DNA from: Ministeria vibrans ATCC 50519
Taxonomy: Eukaryota > Protista > Filasterea
Assembly (NCBI GenBank): GCA_943704425.1
Contig: CALSCP010001204.1
Span: 1 to 40,365 of the forward strand
Length of the DNA stretch: 40,365 nt
Reading direction: 5' to 3'
This document shows positions 34,119-40,365 of the stretch, piece after piece; positions within the stretch are counted from its first letter, which is position 1, and each line of letters opens with the position of its first letter. Under the pieces are notes generated by a model. The model was not told the DNA's origin, did no database searches, and was given only the letters and a program-made list of their open reading frames with translations. The translations under genes and the position numbers were made by a program.

Positions 34119-36478
34119 AGAGAAGTTGGAAATCGCGGACTGGACTTGCTTGTGGGGGTGCTGAGCAACGACCGGGAAGACAGCGAGATTGCCCGGTATG
34201 CCCTTGAGACGCTTGTGTCGGTTGTGTCGGCGGGCGACGACGAGGCGGACCTGGGCGCGCACTTCACGACGCGCTTTATTGCAAGCGCCGACAATGTCCA
34301 CTTGCTCATGTCGCTCCTCGACGAATACGACTTTTACGTGCGCTACCACTGCATCCAGCTGCTCACCGTGCTACTGTCGCACCGGCCCGAGCCCATTCAG
34401 GAAGCGATCCTCGAGAGTCCCCAGGGGGTCGGTCATCTTGTCGACCTGCTGCAGGACTCGCGCGAGGTCGTGCGCAACGAGGCACTTCTTCTTCTCATCC
34501 AACTGACACGCAGCAACGAGTCGATTCAGAGCATTGTTGCCTTCAACGAAGCTTTCACACGCGTCCTCGAGATTATTCGCGACGAGGGCTACGCCGACGG
34601 CGGCATCATCGTGCAGGACTGTCTGCATCTCATGCACAACCTGCTGCGCGACAACCATCGCATTCAGGATCTCTTTCGCGAGACCTCCGGCGTCCACTTC
34701 TTTGTGCCCTTTCTCCAATCTGTGGTCGACACCACAAGCAGCAACAGTAGTGGCGGCGGTGCGTCTCCCGCCTGGCCCGAACAGAAGAGCAAGAATGTCA
34801 TGCTTGTGCTCGATCTCATTCGACAGCTTGTCGCCTCGGGCAACGCCACGTCGGTCAACAACCAACGGTCACTCTTGCAGAACGGACTGATTCAGCTGCT
34901 CGCGCAAATGTCGATGACTGCAGCGACCGCCGAGGTGTCGACAATTGAGCAGCAGCGTCAGTCGCTCTCGGTGCCCGCGCGTATCCACTGCCAGGCGCTC
35001 AATGCCATTGGCGACGCCATCTACGGCTTCGAAAAGGCCCAGCAGACTCTGGCAACCATTCGGTGTGGTCTCGACTCGTCCGTTGTGTTTCTGCTCAAGT
35101 GTCTGTTGGACCCGCGTCGCAGCATGCCCGAGCGCCTCTGCGCTTTGTACTGCTACCACTGCTACCTGCACCACAACACGGAGACACAGCGAACGGTTGC
35201 AAGAGAGCTGGGCTCGTCGGGAAGTGATGCAGGCACACGCACGGCCATGGTGGCACCATCACAGGGCGCCATCATTGTTGCGGCGCTGTTCGCCGTCAAC
35301 GATCCACTGGGCAACTGGTTTGCGTCCATGGCTCTGGCGGCAGTGCTGGAGAGTGAAGGTGCGCGCGAGACTGCGCTGGCACAAACACTGACGCTGCGAC
35401 TGGGTGAGGCGCCCGTCTCGGTCATGGATCACTGTGTTGCTGTGCTGCTGGCGAGTGCTGGGGGCGCAGGAGGTGCAGTGGCAAGTGTGCGGCTGCGCGT
35501 GGGTCTGTTACGGGTGCTCATTGGGTGGGTGTGTGTGACGCCGCGCGCAGTGCATGCGTTTGTGAGTGGGCGTGCGACGGGCGTGGAGTATCTGGTGGGG
35601 GCGGTGGTGGACAGAGCCAAGGGCGCCCTCGAGCGAGGTCTTTGTGCCTTCCTGCTGGGCCTTCTCCTGGCCGACAATGACAACTCGCATCCGCGCTGGA
35701 GTCAGGCCAAAGTGCTTGAGACTATTGTGCAGCGCTTTGGAGCGGATGCGTTTGTCGAGCATGTGCATGCGCTTGCGTCCGTCGACTCGTTTGTCAGTGC
35801 TGCGTCTAGTCGCAAGGGACTCCTAGTGGGCGGTGGAAGCACGGGTGGTGGCGGTACCGCTGCAACGGGGGAGGTGTGGCTCGACAATGCGTTTACACTG
35901 CTCTATCGTCGTGCGGTGATGCGCATTGAACAGGCCCTCAACACAGACTTTAGTGCTCGTCCCGTCCCCTCAGCACCACTCACCCTCAGCGGTGCAACAG
36001 AGCATGCTACTTCTGCTGCAGCCACCACTGGTGCGACTGCTGCTACGTCCATCAACAGCAGCAGCAGCAGCACTGGCGGCGGCGTCGGTGGTGGCGGTAG
36101 TGCTGTCAATGCGGCCCTGAGTGAGCAAGTGCGTGTGCAGGAGGCGACTATTGCTCAGCTGCGACGTACCATCGACGAGCAGAACACTCTGATTGCGTCG
36201 CTCAAAGACCAACCTCCACTGGTCGGCTCGTCGTCCGTAGTACATGAGGAAGACTCGGACTTGCGCGTACAGTTTGAGGATCAGAAGAACGAGTTGGAAG
36301 ACTTGTTGGTGTGTCTAGCGGAAACGAACAAGAAGGTAAAAACCAAAGAAAAATATTATTGTTAATAATTATTGTTATTTTTTATTTTGTCCAGGTGAGT
36401 GTATTAAAGGGACGATTACGGACATTGGGAGAGGATGTAAGCGACGACGAAGACGACGATGACGACCTTGATTTATGA
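34119..36478 (+). CDS. USO1: USO1/p115, exons 3-4 (34119-36335, 36395-36478)
   Basis: REVGNRGLDLLVGVLSNDREDSEI.. YALETL, EYDFYVR, PQGVGHLVDLLQDSREVVRNEALLLL, IQSIVAFNEAF, DGGIIVQDCL, GLCAFLLG, ELEDLLVCLA, and the acidic end DDEDDDDDLDL. Confidence 0.94.
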
Positions 36479-36585
36479 AGGGCCAAATCATATTAATTTG
36501 ATTTTGAGAAATGGCAGTGAGCGAGAGGGACATTTGAGAGGAGAAAGAGGGAAGGGGAGAGAGAGAGAGAGAGAGATGGATACAA

Positions 36586-37938
36586 TCAGCTGTCGGAGGG
36601 ATCCAGGGAGATGCACTGGGCGCCGACGGAAGGGCGAGTGGCAAAGCAAGTGGCGGAGGGGAGGGCGTGCATGAGAGTGCGGGTGACTGTGGCGATGGCT
36701 GAAGCGTGTGCCAGGACCACGCAGCACCCGCCAAACCCACCGCCCGTCATGCGCGTCCCGTACACCCCTCCATCTTTATCTTGTGTGAGCGGGCGGATAG
36801 CGTCGACGCATATGTCCAGTTCGGTGCATGAAACGTTATAGTCGATCCGAAGCGAGTCGTGGCTTGCCAGCATGAGACGTCCAAACCAGTGGAAATCCCG
36901 TGCGCTCAGAGCCTTCACCGCCTCGAGGGTGCGCTGGCACTCGGTGATGACATGCCGACATCGTCGGTACAAGATGTCGCCGCTGAACGCGTCTGTTTCG
37001 CTGCCAATGAGGCTCATCACGTGGTCGGGCGCACGGTAGGCATCGAGTTTGTCACGCACACTGTTCAGCTGTTGGATCGTGGCGTCGCGCAGTGCCTTGA
37101 TGGACGGGAACTCGGTCTGGAGAATCTTGACGCCCGCCTCGCACTGGAGACGGCGGACCTTGTAGGGCGAGCCCGACAGGCTGTGGCAGACGTTGGTGTT
37201 GCACACAAGGACGACGCAGTTGCCGAGTGGCACAAGACCCGTCTCCAGCGTCCGACAGTCCAGCACAAGCGCGTGTCCTTGGCGCCCCATGACGGATATC
37301 GCCTGGTCCATAATGCCGCATGGAACGCCTGCGTACTCATGCTCGGCTCGCTGGCACGCCTTGGCCTACAATACGCCATATCAATTGTTGAAATGTTTTT
37401 TTTTCTCTTTTAGGATTTTGTGTCGCGGTTTTATTTTTGGACGAGATGTGTAGCGAACCTTGACGATGTCGGAGACAGGCTCGGCGCCTAGTAGCTGTTC
37501 AACAAAGGTGTAGAGGGCAACGAGGAGGGCGGCGGAGCTTGAGAGACCGCCGCCAATTGGAATGTTTGTTGTGACGGCGGCAGTGAAAGGGGGAACTTCG
37601 CAGTCGAATTGGGCAATGACGCCCTTGACGTAGTTGGCCCATCCCGAGACCAGGGCTTCCCTGAGGGCCTTTTCACCGCATGGCAAGCGCACAAGGTCGC
37701 CACTGACGGATTGCGAGACGCATTCGTAGGAATTTGCACCGGCGGTTTCGTTCCGTCCGCCAACCACGACGGTGCGATGCTCGAGGGCCATGGGAAAGAC
37801 ATAGCCCTCGTTGTAGTCGGTGTGTTCGCCAATGAGGTTGACGCGGCCGGGAGCGGCGGCGCAAATCGTCGGAGGAAGGGCGGAAGGAAAGTGTGTTTGG
37901 TGCAGCTCAAGGGCTTGGCTGACGAGCGCGTCGGTCAT
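36586..37938 (-). CDS. GALK1: Galactokinase (GHMP kinase), 2 exons
   Basis: [76 protein letters not shown]. Confidence 0.96.
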
Positions 37939-38067
37939 GCCAGCGCAGTAGGGATGCGCGGGGAGAGGATATTGGGCTGAGAGAGAGAGAGAGAAGCAGA
38001 GAGAGAGAGAACGAAAAACAAACGGGAAGAAAAAAAAAATTTATTTTTTTACAGATCTCACAGATTT

Positions 38068-39346
38068 TCACGTTTTGACGAATTTGGCCTGAAGCCAATG
38101 GCGATGCATCGTAATGCGCTTCGCCCGGTTGACAATGAGTCGCCGATCAGAGCGGTTCTCGACCACGGAAAAGCCTGCGTTGATCGCATGGAGGGCAATC
38201 TCGTCTGGAACGCACAAGATAATAAACAGCCAAACCGATTAATCTTCTTTTTTATAGTCTTTGTGTTTTTAATACCCTTTTCGAAAAAGTAAACGCGCGT
38301 TCCGTCTCCTCTCACGTAAAAGTTATCGCTGATACATCGATTTTGCTTGAAGCGAAGCTAGATATAAACCCGGCATTAGAAGAAATGGAAAGAAAGAGAA
38401 GAAATGGAAAGAAAGAGAAAGGGAGAGAGAGAGGAAGGAGAAAAAAAAAAGTGATAGGGAGAAAAAAAGCGAGAGATACAACGAGAGTAATTACTTGAGC
38501 AAGATCGTGTCGGCCATAGTCTCTGAAGTAGAGAGTTCCGCCCTTCTTCAGAAGCTACAGAGCAACCAATGCAACGATAAGAATCAAGAAACAAAAAGAA
38601 AGAGAGAAAGGGTACTGAAGCAAGGCGAGTGAGAACTGACGGGATGTGCTGAGGGTCGAGTGCAGAGAGGACAAAGATGGCTGTGATGGCATCAAGCGAA
38701 GCGGAGGGAACGGGAAAAGACGGAACGCACTCGGGCGCTTGCGTGATGTCCCAGACAAATGCGCGGCACGGTGACGATGCGTAGGCTGGGTTGCGCTGTC
38801 GGGACAGAAGACAGTGTGTGAGTGCGATGCCAAACCGTTTTTCTCTGTTGTTACTTGGACGAGTCTGACAGCAATGTGAGAGTAGTCTGAAGCAAAGACA
38901 AAGACCGGGCGTGCGGCGGTCTTGTTTGCACGCAGCAGAGGGTACACAGTGTTGCCTGCGCCACAGCCAATTTCAAGAATCTGGAAGGAGTCGGCGGACG
39001 GAATGCGAAGAGCGGCGTATGCGTTACTCTCGCTCTGCTCCTCGTCCGTCCCTCTCGCTGACACTGTCGTGCTGCTTGGTCCCGCCTCCGAGTCATCACC
39101 ACCACCACCCTCTTCCTCTCCTTCTTTTGTCTCGCCTGTCTGCGCAAAGGGCACCTTCTCCGCGAGTGCCGCGGGATTGCCGAGTTCAGGAAACTCAGTA
39201 AAGAGCCAACGACGGTCTTTGAAGAACAGATTGGCGTGCGTGCTGTAGAACGAGTCCCAGTTGCCCGCGGCGTTGGCCTCCAGTTCCGCTGAATGCACAA
39301 CAGAGAAAAAGAGATAGAGAGATGGAGATAGAGAGAGTGTGTGTGC

Positions 39347-39399
<53 letters not shown>

Positions 39400-39704
39400 T
39401 GAGTATCAGCGATTGGTAAATTGTTACCTCTTCTCTCCTCTGAAAGGGGCGATGCGGCGTGTTCTGCGGCAATGGCGGCGGCCCGAGCCTGAGACTCTTC
39501 ATCAGGCATGACGTTGTCCCACGCATTGTGCTCAAAGACGTCCGCGTCGTCTGTCAGCAAGCGGTTGCCGAATTTCTCATGCGTCGACATGTTCTGCGGC
39601 TGTGGACGTTTCCTGGCGCGCGATGCAAACGATACGAGTCGACCGCCGAGTCTCAATTGAAGAAGAGCAGTTGAATGGCGTGCAAGTCGAAACGGTTGCA
39701 GCAT
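38068..39704 (-). CDS. METTL2: tRNA N3-methylcytidine methyltransferase (METTL2/METTL8/Trm140 family), multi-exon
   Basis: [27 protein letters not shown]...[74 protein letters not shown]. Confidence 0.92.
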
Positions 39705-39814
39705 AAATCTGGATCAACTGATCAAGTCGTTCAAGTGACAAGTCTGATTGTCACCTAAAATCTTTCGTGTTCGATCTTTTTTTTTTGCCTCTCACATACG
39801 TAAGTTGTCGATAT

Positions 39815-39868
39815 GGGGGTAGAATGGGGATGGGGTGTTGGCTGCCGTGTGGGAGGGGCGTGGGTGGG
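39815..39868 (+). other. G-quadruplex-forming G-tract cluster
   Basis: Seven G3+ runs, including canonical GGGAGGGGCGTGGGTGGG. Confidence 0.6.
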
Positions 39869-40365
39869 AATGCATTGAAATGGAACAATCCTCGTGTATG
39901 CGACGTCCGCCGAGTTGTGGCATACGCAGCCCTGCAGCGCACAGGGCGGCTCGCGCTACGGTCTGTGGCTGCTGTCGAGAGATCGTCGGGGGCCTGTGTG
40001 GTGGGTGTTTTGTGGGAGCGTTGGTCGCTTTGGACCAGCAGGTCAAACGTGAAGGGACTCTCTCGCTTGATTCCGCTGCTCCCAGCGCCCTTTGCAGCTG
40101 AAAACACAAGGCGTAGACCAGCGTGGTCTGTGGTGTTGGCCCAGGACTCTTGCACAAGCGTGTCTTCTCTCTATTCTATTGTTCTTTTTTTTTTTTTTTT
40201 TTTTTTCGTTCTGCCGTTCTCTGTCTGTCCTCTCACCGCCCTGTGTGCTGCCTTTTCGCTTGCTTTGCATTGATCATCAGCTGGCTGTGGGCTCCCCCAT
40301 GTGTTTGAGGGCGTTCTTGTTGTGGCAGGAAATTGCGAGATTTTTTTTTTTTTTTTTTTTTTTAA

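Noticed and set aside
10435-35887. Many long antisense or alternate-frame ORFs (e.g. 10435-11322, 12869-13873, 28244-29245)
   Set aside because: Shadows of GC-rich coding sequence, with no recognisable motifs.
38098-38292. Small plus-strand ORF MAMHRN...
   Set aside because: Antisense shadow of the last METTL2 exons.
2749-39704. Functional clustering of SARS2 with the METTL2/8-like gene (known partners for tRNA-Ser m3C)
   Set aside because: They are separated by many unrelated genes and a probable mis-join; likely coincidence.
340-39710. General spliced-leader trans-splicing / polycistronic organisation
   Set aside because: Strand switches are frequent, and several genes (SARS2, CNOT10, DDX51) lack an AG acceptor shortly before the ATG.
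40036-40047. AGCAGGTCAAA similarity to SRP (7SL) RNA helix 8 exit
   Set aside because: The required upstream CAGG-GNRA half and the Alu domain are absent.
1-40365. Alternative genetic code or non-canonical introns
   Set aside because: TAA, TAG and TGA all terminate genes, and every intron I reconstructed is GT-AG.

Overview
This is a gene-dense, intron-rich eukaryotic (protist-like) nuclear window. It uses the standard genetic code and canonical GT-AG introns, many filled with microsatellites or poly-A. Intergenic gaps are mostly 35-350 bp, and there are three 10-N scaffold gaps. About 17 protein-coding loci can be reconstructed by hand-splicing, in order: 5' end of an unknown gene, a secreted JmjC oxygenase, mitochondrial SerRS, RIO1, IBA57, a TPR protein, a large arrestin-MORN-FYVE protein, USO1/p115, a Lys2-type alpha-aminoadipate reductase (5'-truncated), CNOT10, MED1, MRPL47, NDUFAF2, DDX51/Dbp6, an orphan putative transcription factor, a 5'-truncated TBC RabGAP, galactokinase and a METTL2/8-type tRNA m3C methyltransferase. 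Main points of interest: (1) USO1 is split, with exons 1-2 at 17.1-17.4 kb and exon 3 at 34.1 kb. The intervening 16.6 kb block is bounded by poly-A tracts and begins and ends in headless genes. A mis-join is most likely, but all the splice junctions are phase 0. (2) An unusual arrestin + MORN + PPxY/PSAP + FYVE architecture. (3) A fungal-type Lys2 in this genome. (4) An orphan nuclear protein whose intron carries a duplicated CCAAT + palindrome module. (5) A probable dual-ATG mitochondrial/cytosolic m3C methyltransferase. (6) Several GC-rich structured islands in long introns. I recognised no tRNA, rRNA, CRISPR array or intact transposon. All family calls come from recognised motifs, not database searches.
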